NCBI GenBank assembly: GCA_951406725.2
Contig: OX597817.1
Location: 103,106,001 to 103,170,000 of the forward strand
Length of the DNA: 64,000 nt
Reading direction: 5' to 3'
From: Octopus vulgaris
Taxonomy: Eukaryota
The notes under the pieces were generated by a model. That model ran no database searches. It saw only the letters and a program-made list of their open reading frames with translations, and had not been told where the DNA came from. Shown piece by piece: positions 1 to 10,324 of this stretch (the stretch's first letter is position 1; each line of letters opens with the position of its first letter). The position numbers were made by a program, and so were the translations under genes.

Positions 1-220
1 TCATAATATTGCAAATACTAAACAAAAAGGTGTAGAAAAACAATGCAAAAAAGTCTCCCAAAAATTGTGATTCAAAAAAGTCTTACTGAAACAAAAGAAA
101 AATTGTGAAGATAAAGAAATTGTTTACCAAAAATATCTATCACATTCCAGTGATACAATTTCTCTTTCAGCTTCAAAGTTTAAAGTAATTTCCAAGTCAG
201 TGGGAAAAAGAAAACAATAA
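1..220 (+). pseudogene. 3' end of an inverted paralog of the 20116-21059 orphan exon; premature stop
   Basis: Frame 2 reads HNIANTKQKGVEKQCKKVSQKL*FKKVLLKQKKNCEDKEIVYQKYLSHSSDTISLSASKFKVISKSVGKRKQ*, matching the C-terminus of the 311-aa minus ORF. A 7-nt deletion creates TGA at 68-70 and a 20-nt deletion restores the frame. Confidence 0.8.
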
Positions 221-898
221 AATAAAAATAACAGGTCTGACAGTTGAAAGGTTTATTGTTGTTTTGTGATATTTTATTTTTTCATATTGTCTATGCTTTT
301 ATTGGCTGGGATATTTTAATAAATTCAATTACTTACATGTAATTTCAAAGTTAATATTTTTTTTCATTTTTTGAAAAAAATTTAATTAAATTGTGAAACA
401 AAATCAGTGCCTAATTTTCATTTTGATGGACTATTGTTAGGGAAGTAATACATGCACTTTGGATGTAATAAGCATGAGTTGCATCATAACACAATCACTC
501 AGCTTTTATATCTCTGTGAGGCTATTTGAACTATTGACATGTCAGTTGGTCTGTAGAAGAAAGTGCCAATGGCATGGATAAGTGGATCTCAACTGTTGAC
601 TCTCCACTCAAGGCCTTCTACTGTGTATACTTGAGTTACATATACTAAAAGCGACCAAAGAATCGGTGAAAGGAATCTATGCTGATATATCCAAGATTTA
701 AATTTGCCAGGAAGACTACACTATGCATGTGTGTGTGTGTAAACTGACAGACGACACACATAAAACTAAATGTAAATGAAGATGAATGATTTTATAAAGA
801 TGATCAAGCACATATAGACATATAGAATGAGACATGGGATCCAGTTATGAATGTGTATATATATGTGTGTGTTTGTATATATATATATATGTGGATGA

Positions 899-946
<48 letters not shown>

Positions 947-1029
947 GCGAAATCTTTATTACAATCATGCGATCTTACATAGATGGGGACATAATAAGAC
1001 AGACAAATACAAAGAATGTTATATGTTCG

Positions 1030-1525
1030 CATGCACTGGACAGTGTGACCAGAACTGGCAAGATGGGGTCTGCACCAGACTCCAGTTTGATTTGGCATGG
1101 TTTCTACAGCTGGATGCCATTCCTAAAACCAACCACTTTATAATAATAATAATAATAATATATATATATGATCGATGCCAGGGACACTTGACAGGCTCCT
1201 GTGATGGTGGTACATAAAGAGTACTATTTGAATGTGGTTGATGCCAGTGCCCCCTGACTGGCTCCTGTGCTTGTAGCGCATAAAAAGCACTATCCGAATG
1301 TGATTGATGCCAGGATCGCTTGACAGGCTCCCGTGCTGGTGGCATGTAAAAACCACCCATTACACTCTCGGAGTGGTTGGCATTAGGAAGGGCATCCAGC
1401 TGTAGAAACATTGCCAGATCAGATTGGAGTCTGGTGCAGCCACTGACTTTCCAGACCTCAGTCAAACTGTCCAACCCATGCCAGCATGGAAAGCAAATGT
1501 TAAACGATGATGATGATGATGATAT
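1030..1525. mobile_element. Two opposed copies of an abundant SINE-like repeat with (GAT)n tail
   Basis: Shared core catgctggcatgggttggacagttt...ctggatgcccttcctaatgccaaccac. Further copies near 19260, 22030, 24460, 40985, 46950, 49000, 56640, 61730 and 63600. Confidence 0.7.
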
Positions 1526-1546
1526 ATATATATATGTGTGTGTGTG

Positions 1547-1810
1547 CAGGAGTGGCTGTGTGGTAGATGGAAACTGAAAGAAGCCCATATATATGTGTGT
1601 GTATGTGTATATGTTTGTGTGTCTGTCCTCCCACCATTTCTTGACAACTGATGCTGGTGTGTTTACACCCCTGTAACTTAGCGGTACGGCAAAAGAGACC
1701 AAGAGAATAAGTACTAGGCTTACAAAGAATAACTCCTGGGGGTTGATTTGTTTAACTAAATGGCAGTGCTCCAGCATGGCCGCAGTCAGATGACAAACAA
1801 ATAAAAGAAT
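1547..1810 (+). mobile_element. tRNA-derived SINE, family B (internally deleted)
   Basis: gcaggagtggctgtgtggtag...ggaaactgaaagaagccc...ccagcatggccgcagtc plus A-rich tail. Related copies near 19560(-), 21170, 22435(-), 23683, 25262 and 37668/38490. Confidence 0.7.
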
Positions 1811-2993
1811 ATAGACAAGGTGATTCAGAAGTCCCTTTTTCTTTCATATAAAGTAACTGACAGCCAAGCTGAGCATTTTTATGTACATCATTTCTTCCAA
1901 TCTCTTTATCCTACCTCAACTTTCCCCACTCCTCACTACTGTAATCATTTTCATTCTCTCTGCATTCGTTAATTATCCTGATCCCAGTTTTCACATTGAC
2001 TGTCTTGGCTCAGGAATTCCAGTATAGCTGGTTTACTTCTTTGCCATCAATACAGCCTACTGTCTGAACCAGCCTAAACAACTGGGCTAAGATTATTGTA
2101 ATATTGTGTCATTTATACAACAAAGACAATGAATATTCTCTCATCTTTTGATAATGACATTTTTATAAAATATATAAGGCAATATGTGTGAGTGTGTGCA
2201 CATGCACACACACACACACATGCATTTATAGGATTTTATAAGTAAGAAGCTGAAACTGGTATTTAACAAATATATTAATATAACAAACATTTCATATATT
2301 TGATATAGACTTATATAATAAAAATAATTAAATTTTTTATTGAAAATACTTTGGAGGATTGAATCCAAAGAACTTGAAAACTTTACTCTGTTCATTAGTT
2401 CTACAAGTGATAAACAATTATATAAAAAATAAATATAGATAATTTAGCAGAATAGAAAACATAGGCACAACTGCACAGTTGTTATGGCTACCTCAGGTTA
2501 TGAAATTTCATACTTACAGAAATTGCAAAGTATGACCACTAATTTCAAGGTATAGTCTAATTTTACTCTTACAAAATTCAGAAAAATTTCAAGAATTTAA
2601 TAACTACTCTTTCTTCTGAGCCAAAAGATTGCTTCTTGATACTTTCTAAATTGTTAACTACTTTGATCTTAGTTTAACTAAGATCAAAGTAGATAACAAT
2701 TTGGAATATTTCTATGTGTGTGAGTGTGTGTGTGGGGGTATATGTGTAAGCAAGTGTTTGTATATGCATCACTATAAATACCTACAGAATGTGAAGTGGA
2801 ATTTTTTTACTGTGAATATTTTCTTTGGTTGTAGTATCTCTCTGTTTGTCTGCTTCTCTCATGTATGTATGTACATATGTATCTCTTTCTATCTCTCTCT
2901 GGTACCAAAAGGTTTTTGATGTCATTCACGAACTCTCTCACCCTTGTACGAGAGTCACACAGTGCCTGCTGTCATGCAAAATTGTCTGGTACA

Positions 2994-3210
2994 AAGGCAG
3001 TGAGCTGGCAGAAACTTAAGCACATCAGGTGAAATGCTTAGCAGTATTAAATCTGTCTTTACTTCTGAGTTCAAATTCCACTGAGGTCAACTTTGCCTTT
3101 CATCCTTTTGGGGTCAATAAATTAAGTACCAGTTACATATTGGGTTCGATCTAATTGACTGGTCCCCTCCCCCAAAATTTCAGTCCTTGTGCCTAGAGTA
3201 GAAAAAGAAA
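2994..3210 (+). mobile_element. tRNA-derived SINE, family A (Nin-type central domain)
   Basis: B-box-like gagttcaaattcc followed by gcctttcatccttttggggtcaataaa...gtaccag. Related copies near 23420(-), 26590(-), 26845(-), 46655(-), 48003 and 54786. Confidence 0.75.
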
Positions 3211-3229
3211 ATTGTCTGGTAAGGTATGG

Positions 3230-4484
3230 CCAAACAAACTGGGGAGTGGACCAAAATCTGTATCTGCTGCCAACAAACCAAAATCCATTGGCACACCAAA
3301 GCATCTCTTGGCAGCCATGAATCCCCTACAGGCCCGTTTTGGCCCTGTCAACATTGACTTAGTAATCCCCCTACCACCTTCATTTAAATGCTGTGGACCA
3401 CTTCACTCATTACCCTAAGGCCATACCTCACTGCAGTATAGAAAGAGGAAATCACCTGTACCTTCATCACAGACAGCATCTCATCTGACTGCTGACCTCA
3501 AGTCACCCTGAAAGTTGTGGAATGATATGAACCTTTTGGCATTAACATGAAACACACAACAGCCAACTATCCTGAAGCCAATGGCTTAGTGGAGAGATTT
3601 CACTGTCGCTTGAAGGAATCCCTCTTAACCAAATGTAACTGGCTGAATTGGATCAACTTCCAAGGATCATGCCAGGAATCTGCACTGTCCTAAAGGAAGG
3701 CCTCAACACGTATAGCATAGAAATAATGTACGGTACTCCGTTTACAGTGCTGGGGTAATTAATTTTGAACATGAAGTTAGACCCGGATGCCAAAAGGTAT
3801 CTTGAACAACTGAGAGACAACACGGGCCAGTTACACTCGACCCCCATGTCAACATATGGTGCACCTAAGTCCTCTGTACCTAATGGCCTCCACAAGGTGA
3901 AGTTTGTTATCATACATCACGATGCATCTCGAAAACCCCTTCAGTCACCCTATGATGGACCATACAAAGTGATTCAACCAGGAGACAAGTCATACAACCC
4001 CTGATTGGAGGACAACAGTACACGGTTTCCATCCATTGATTGAAACCAGCCTATCTTGACATTGATAGCCCCATTCTAATAGCTCAACCACCAAACAGAG
4101 GCTGTCCCGAGCAAGTCACGCTGACCCCTGATGACAAACATTTGTCAAAGAGCCAAGTAAGTACACACGGATTGGGTGGTACAAACGCCTTATTGGTTCT
4201 AATGACAGTCAACAGTTCTGAGGGGGAGCTATGTAGAGCATTACCCATGAACTCATAAGAGACAAACTGTGGACAAGGACTAGTTATTGATCTAATTGGC
4301 TGAAGAGACACTTCCAATGAAGCAGATAGCACACCCCTAGGATTTAATGGTGGGTTGCTCTTTCTCATGTTCGTAATTGTTTGACACGCAATATAAATAA
4401 CAGTTCAAAAAACCACTGTTGTTTGTTATTTTAAGTACAGCTTAACTAAAGCTATACTCGCTTCTATTTCTATGAAACTCTACA
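3230..4484 (+). mobile_element. Gypsy LTR retrotransposon remnant: degenerate integrase, PPT and 3' LTR
   Basis: RFGPVNIDLVIPLPPS, HTTANYPEANGLVERFH and the GPY/F motif PLQSPYDGPYKV. PPT gagggggag precedes an LTR at 4232-4484 bounded by TGTAGAG...CTCTACA. Confidence 0.85.
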
Positions 4485-4732
4485 ATTGTTCTCTGATTAA
4501 CTGTCTCTCTACTTCTCTCTCGCTTTCTAACAGATTTTAGAAAGACTTCCTCTCCGCCACCATTTTCTCGCAAATTATTGCTTTAAAAAATTTTTTTTGC
4601 CAAAATCCCACTTTTTTGGATACGGAAATTCCGGAAAATTGCCAAAAATCGGAATTTTAAAATTTCTTTGCTCCCCCTCTTACTCCCTTAACCCTGAACC
4701 CCACAATTTCTTCATTTTTCAATTTTTTTCCG

Positions 4733-4834
4733 TAACCCTAACCCTAAAACCCTAATCTTAAACCCTAATCCTAAAACCCTAACCCTAAAATCCTAACCCT
4801 AATCTTAACCCTAAAACCCTAACCCTAACCCTAG
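4733..4834. repeat. Degenerate interstitial telomere-like (CCCTAA)n array
   Basis: taaccctaaccctaaaaccctaatcttaaaccctaatcctaaaaccctaaccctaa... Confidence 0.85.
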
Positions 4835-5102
4835 CCGTAAATAGAAACATTTTTGGAAATTTTTATTCAGAATCATATTTTGACCCCCCCCCCCCAAAAA
4901 AAGGGGTGTTTGTGGGGGTGGGGGACTACAAAAGGAAGTCTTGCCCAGATTTTTATCTTAATAGAAACAATTTATAGTAACAGTAATCTTTCTTATAATC
5001 ATCCTGTCACTTTCCGCATACCAAAAATCAAGGAGGCAATCACAGCACCTGTATATCACCTCGAGCCTTTCCCTCTTCCTAGTAACCTGCAATATAGTTT
5101 CC

Positions 5103-5281
5103 TATTTATTTACTGTCCACAAGGGGCTACACACAGAGGGGACAAACAAGAACAGACAAACGGATTAAGTCGATTATATCGACTCCAGTGCGTAACTGGT
5201 ACTTATTTAATCGACCCCGAAAGGATGAAAGGCAAAGTCGACCTCGGCGGAATTTGAACTCAGAACGTAACGGCAGGCGAA
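5103..5281 (-). mobile_element. Young 5'-truncated family-A-related SINE with 16-bp TSD
   Basis: TSD CTGCAATATAGTTTCC at 5087-5102 and 5282-5297; CpGs retained. Confidence 0.85.
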
Positions 5282-6452
5282 CTGCAATATAGTTTCCATG
5301 GAGTCACATAATCGGAAGTCAGCTTCTCTCCACCCATACACTTGTCCTTCTTTTCTTTGAAACATTCTTACCTTTGACAACAAAGCTTTCATCTATTTCT
5401 GTCATGACAACCTCCCATTTTATATCACAAGTTTACTTTATCTCATGTGCTGACAGGCCTCTCGCTATTTTACTCTATCGATTTTATTGAACCCCAGTTA
5501 TACTTATATTTCCAGCCCTATTTCTACTGAACAAATGATACCAATCTTTCATTCTCTTTCATTTTCTGCCAAAATTCTAGGCTCTTTTCACCAAACAACC
5601 TTTTGTTTTCTTAAAATCTTAAAAGGAGGAGGAGGAGGAATTATTAGTGCATTTTTATAGTTAAAAGTTGTGTTATTTAATTCAAGGATTACATTGGATC
5701 GAGAAGATGTGAAGATGTATGACCTTCCAGCTATGGCCATCTCTTCTTTTTTCAGACAATGTATCCAGGATTACATTATCCAATGTGTTCATTATTTTAA
5801 GATGGCAGAGTGTTGTTCGCGGGGAAGATTTGTCTTATTTTGGGCAGGTCGCGCAACGGCATAATAGCGCCTTCGTTGCCTCGCTTAATAGTGTTCAATG
5901 GATAATATATAGTTACTTTCCCTAAAATTAGTGTAGTTATTAACAAATGTTTTGTTTTGTGCAGGAGATTTTGTAAAATAATGATCATGGATCCTCCGTT
6001 ACTTTCAACGACGAACATGTAGTTGTTCGATCAACAGATGTGTAGCGGGAATATTCAGCAATCGTTAAATTAACGTTCTGTAAGTAGCCGAGTAGTCCAA
6101 AGACATGTATTCTTAATATAATTCTGATAGAATTATGATTCAGTGTGTGACAAGGCTTCACCTTTCGGTTTCACTGTATCCGATGAACTACCATATAATT
6201 TTTGCTGACCCCATTTTCCTGTGAAGGTCGGATCGAATTGAAGCACTAGTAAAAATCATTTGATACGAAGTAAGGATTGAACTTGAGATCTCATGATCGC
6301 GAAGCTAGTTTCTAGACGCCACTGGCGTGCTCGTGTCAACTTCCAAAAGTAGAGAGTCAGAAAAGTTTTAAATCATAAGATAAATAAAATGTAATACAAC
6401 TTATGTATTTAATATTTCTAGAATACGAGCTACAGAAATAACGCGAAAACTT

Positions 6453-7259
6453 TTAATAAATAAATGAAAAATCAACCAAAGCAACGTGATTAAATTCTTT
6501 TCTGCTGTATCTCGTGTATACTGACCTATATATGTATGGAGAAGCGACTTTTAATAATTTCAACATTCGACGATGAACAATTTTTAATTCGTATTCCCTT
6601 CCAGTATACGGTGTTAAAATAGACAAGTCAGAGATCCATTCAACAGTGAGTCTCAAAGCTACTAATCCTGTGTAAAGAGCAGCTGTTGCTATAAGACTCG
6701 GTCTAAACCTATTTGTTACACAAATATCCGCATCGTATTGCGCTAGCTCCAGTATATAACGTGACATCCAGGTCAGATTGTGATGACGTTCCAAACGGAG
6801 AATAAAAATGAAGCTCATTAGAAAATTATACGGTGTTATTAAATACGTTTTGTAGTGGAATCGATTCATAATATGACTAAACATGTCATAAAGATCCTTT
6901 TCACTAGAGTGAGGGTCTGTGACCGATACCATATCCAGAAAATTTTCCAGTTTATCCTGGTCTTGAGATAACTGAGTAAAAGCAATCCAAAGACATGAGG
7001 CTCCGAGACATTGCAGCTTAGAGGAAGTAATTAGTTTTGTGTCTTTTCCAGACATGTATATATCAAAATAAGAAACTGCAAGATAAAAGACTTCGAAAGA
7101 AACTACATAATGATCTACACAAGCTACCATCCAGTCGATCACTGCCGCACGATCTTCTGCAGTAAATGATTGGTTTTCCAAATAATTCCTTACTTTTTTC
7201 TGCTGCTGTTCTCGTTCATAAAACCCACTTAAATTATTCATAACATCTTTCCACGACAT
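6453..7259 (-). CDS. Intronless, divergent A/B-type cyclin (cyclin B3-like; cyclin N- and C-boxes only), 268 aa
   Basis: DRAAVIDW resembles MRAILVDW; FEVFYLAVSYFDIYM; KLQCLGASCLWIA; SRYILEL; FRPSLIATAAL; C-terminal RSVYTRYSRKEFNHVA resembles the cyclin B3/B KAVYxKYSxxxFxxVA. The ORF is open with an upstream in-frame TAG and no earlier ATG. ATTAAA polyA-signal variant at 6408-6413. Confidence 0.88.
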   Translation of the reverse strand: MSWKDVMNNLSGFYEREQQQKKVRNYLENQSFTAEDRAAVIDWMVACVDHYVVSFEVFYLAVSYFDIYMSGKDTKLITSSKLQCLGASCLWIAFTQLSQDQDKLENFLDMVSVTDPHSSEKDLYDMFSHIMNRFHYKTYLITPYNFLMSFIFILRLERHHNLTWMSRYILELAQYDADICVTNRFRPSLIATAALYTGLVALRLTVEWISDLSILTPYTGREYELKIVHRRMLKLLKVASPYIYRSVYTRYSRKEFNHVALVDFSFIY

Positions 7260-7914
7260 GATTATCCTTGAGAAATTTGACGAAACTTCTGGCCTGTTTT
7301 GTGACGTTAAATGGGGAAAAACTATATTCCAATTTCTTATGACATACTTCTAATTATGACATATTATTGCGTAATTATCGAATAACTAGCATACCTGTCT
7401 CGTCAAAAATGCCGAGAGGGTTATTAATGAAAGAAAAGGGCATTATGATAATAAGAGAAACCATTTATAAATGTCAGCAATCGAGTATATGAATATATAC
7501 AGAATTAAAGCGCTTGAAGAATTAGATTCGGTTGTAACGTCTCGATAGAAAATAACGGCCACAGAGAACACAATTGAAAAAATTAAAAGAAAAAAAGAAA
7601 GAAAAAAGAAAAAAACCAAAACAATTCACCACCTTGGGTTGAAAAGTTGGGGTGCTGGGAAACCTCTTTAATTGCTATTGAGACACGCCAGCACGCCTGC
7701 AGCATTGCTGCGGGTGATGGCGAGGCTTGATGCGCTGGAACAGCCAAGCGCCCTCACGAGCCTCATCAGTTACCTCTGCAAGGCGAGTTGCAAGTGAAGA
7801 CAGGAATCTCGCAGTTAGTGCTCTGACCCCACCAAACGTCTCGAAGGCCACAGATGAGGAATTATGTACATAATTTACAATTGACGGATATTTGTCCTCA
7901 TCTTGTTTGTTGTT

Positions 7915-7960
7915 GACACAACGTTTCTTCTGATATACCCTCCAGCCTTCATCAGGTGTC
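7915..7960 (-). ncRNA. Minimal type-I hammerhead ribozyme (stem II partly mismatched)
   Basis: GACAC-CTGATGA-AGGCTG...CAGAA-GAAA-CGTT-GTGTC. Confidence 0.65.
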
Positions 7961-8201
7961 TTGGGGAAATTTCGAACCTGGGTTCTCATTCCTAAGGTAT
8001 TTTTCGATGTTGTTGTTGTTGTTATTATTCAGGTCACTGCCTGGAATCGAACTCGGAATTCTGGGATTAAGAGCGCGGGCTACTAACCCCAAGATTCCGA
8101 GTTCGATTCCAGACAGTGACCTGCATAATGATGATGATGATAATAACAACACCACCACCAACAACAACATCGAAAAATACCCAGGTTCGAAATTTCCTCA
8201 A

Positions 8202-8247
8202 GACACCTGATGAGGCCTGGAGGGTATATCAGCCGAAACGTTGTGTC
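8202..8247 (+). ncRNA. Minimal type-I hammerhead ribozyme
   Basis: Stem I GACAC/GTGTC, core CTGATGA, stem II GGC(C)TG/CAGCC, GAAA, palindromic AACGTT in place of stem III. Confidence 0.75.
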
Positions 8248-9169
8248 AACAACAAACAAGATGAGGACAAATATCCATCAATTGTAAATAATGGCCACAG
8301 AATGGAAAATATAGTTGGCCGACAGATCGCGAAATTTCAGGATTTTATTCCGCACGGCGCAGAAGTTGTGGATCTTGCCCGCAGCATCCAGGATGTGAGA
8401 AACAAAGGAGTCGTTATCTGTGACATCCCAGACAAGGCATCTGCCTTGCAACCAAGGGTACAGGGTGAGACCGTTATGTCACTTCCCATCACATCTGGAC
8501 AATCCAGATGGTTCCACGATGGAGGGGATGTTTGACCGGGCTAAGCTTCTCTTGAATATCAGGTTCAAACTCTGTATGACGCGCGAAGCGACCAGACGGC
8601 AAGAACGGCCACGGAGGCCTGTGGAGTCGAGGAGCCTGTCACGACAGATCAGACCCATGGATACGTCATCTCCCACTCTGAGGGCAATGGGGACACGGAG
8701 TTCGTCCAAGCTGAGTAGGCTGCCAACATCAATCCAGTCACCTGAGTATTTTGCGCTAGCTGACAGTAAGCGGCGCCTTAAAAACTGGTCCGACTGGATG
8801 AAGAGGGAGTCGAAGGTGGATTTCGAAATTATGTTGTCCCAAGCTCTCTGACACCGACAGTCCTCCACCTCCTGAGGAGCAGGAAAGCCTAATTCCCTCC
8901 AGTGTTGGAGAGCTTCATCCAACTCCCTGTTGGAACTGGTCCACGTTGGAGAGGAGAGGATGTTGCTCACCAGGGTGGAGCAGGCGTGGGTGGAGGAAAG
9001 GAAGAGGGACGAACACTTACGAAGACCAAGACCTCCAAATCGCTTGGGCAATGCAGCCTGATCGCGGGACGTTGGAGAGAGTCTGACATTGACTAAGCAT
9101 TCGAGTCTCTCAAAGATTAGGTTGTCGAAGCGTTAGAGGCATGATGGGAATCGATAAGATGAGCTGACT

Positions 9170-9600
9170 CTAGAAGCTTTGGTCTAAATCTTAAACTCTG
9201 TGTTTAGTAGAGTTATGGGCCGAAAACTCCCTAGCACGTCCTCATTGTCGACGTCTTTTCTCAGCAGTTTTACAATAGCCCAGCTAACAGCACTGGGAAT
9301 TCTTCCGTTTTGTTACCAGTTACTGTAGACATCTGACAAGAGGCTGCGAAACAAATCTGGCATGAATACATAGAATTCGTAGGGCAGACCATTTCAAACT
9401 GGACGATTTGCGACTTGTGCAACCACTCATCACCTCCCGTATTTCAGTGGCTGTATCGGCTTTTCACAGTCTCGCGTCCGTTACCGAGAGCCTTGGTAGG
9501 CAGTCTAAGTTTGAAGTAAAGTCCGCTACCGTCGTCGACCCATCACCCTCCCCCAAACAGCTGCGCAAAGTACTGCCGGGAAGCCGCACACATCTACTCA
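9170..9600 (-). mobile_element. L1/Tx1-type LINE RT N-terminal fragment
   Basis: GRIPSAVSWAIVKLLRKDVDNEDVLGSFRPITLLNTEFKI*. Confidence 0.75.
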
Positions 9601-9624
9601 GAACCGAATAGCACATCAAAGATT

Positions 9625-10320
9625 TGATCGTGGTTTTGTTTCCACGAGTGTGGATGGGCATATGCATATAAGCACATGTGCGTGTGCGTGTGCGCATGCG
9701 CGATTGCTTTGAGCATTTTTACTCCTTTACTTTTTATATCTTTATTGCTTTATATATCTTTACACATTTTTTCTCGTTTTACCTTTCACCCAGGGTTTTT
9801 TCCTGTGCATGTGCGTATATAGACGTGTATATGAACCTTTTTTGTGCGCGTGTGTGTGTGTGAGCGTGTGTGCGGGTATATATAAATTTTGTTTGGCGAA
9901 TGTGTGGGTGCGCATGTGTGTGTTTCAAGCGAGTGTGGATGAGCATATGCATATAGGCACATGTATGTGGGTGTGCGCGCGTGCATGTGTATGTATGGAC
10001 ATGCGCGCATACGCGATTGCTATGAGCGTGTTTACTCCTTTACCTTTTACACCCACCCCTTATTTAGCGGTCATTCTAATAGCTCTTTTGTCTTAATAAC
10101 AGTCAATCACACAGTAATTTCCCTTTGTTTAACGGTCATTTTCATAGCATTTTTTGATGGCCCGATATCTGAAGAGATGTTGGTGCGGGTTTCTGCCCCG
10201 ACACCCGAAACTCGGAGTTTTATCATGGCTACCGAATAATTGTCACATATTATATTTACAGATAAATTCCTCTATTTACATAATATCGAGGTCTCTTTCA
10301 TTCTTTTGTTGTCTTACCAT
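9625..10320 (+). mobile_element. Penelope-like terminal (pLTR) sequence with internal partial duplication and HHR
   Basis: (GT/GC)-rich blocks duplicated (about 9640-9740 and 9920-10050); ends with the HHR at 10164-10224. Confidence 0.55.
10164..10224 (+). ncRNA. Type-I hammerhead ribozyme
   Basis: GATA(T)-CTGAAGA-GATGTTGG...CCGACACC-CGAAA-CTCGGAG-TT-(T)TATC; stem III is the near-palindrome ACTCGGAGT. Confidence 0.65.
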
Positions 10321-10324
10321 TACT

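Larger units (their letters stand above)
7855..8292. mobile_element. Fold-back non-autonomous element: tRNA-derived head, (AAC/AAT)n and hammerhead-bearing tail, as two inverted copies
   Basis: The arms are reverse complements of each other. TSD GGCCACAGA at 7846-7854 and 8293-8301. tRNA-like centre agagcgcgggctactaaccccaagattccgagttcgattcc. Confidence 0.85.
7670..9165 (-). mobile_element. CRE-clade non-LTR retrotransposon 3' part (RT thumb and RLE endonuclease), interrupted at 7855-8292
   Basis: LPKRFGGLGLR; NIPSIVEPSGLSRCDGK..GLTLYPWLQGRCLVWDVT. The frame rejoins across the insertion as YIFHSVA|FETFGG...AWLFQRI. Confidence 0.85.

Noticed and set aside
1170-1345. Roughly 60-bp repeated units (also 12062-12160 and 43207-43266) as a CRISPR-like array
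   Set aside because: Eukaryotic context, no unique spacers and no cas genes; these are internal tandem repeats of TEs.
766-1777. ORFs rich in YI/HT/CV/ER runs (also near 11.5, 13.4, 15.7, 31.9, 38.3 and 42.1 kb)
   Set aside because: They are translations of (TA)n, (CA)n and (GA)n microsatellites and SINEs, not genes.
8060-8120. Functional tRNA gene (also SINE heads near 21180, 35270 and 46020)
   Set aside because: No complete acceptor stem or cloverleaf; embedded in repeats.
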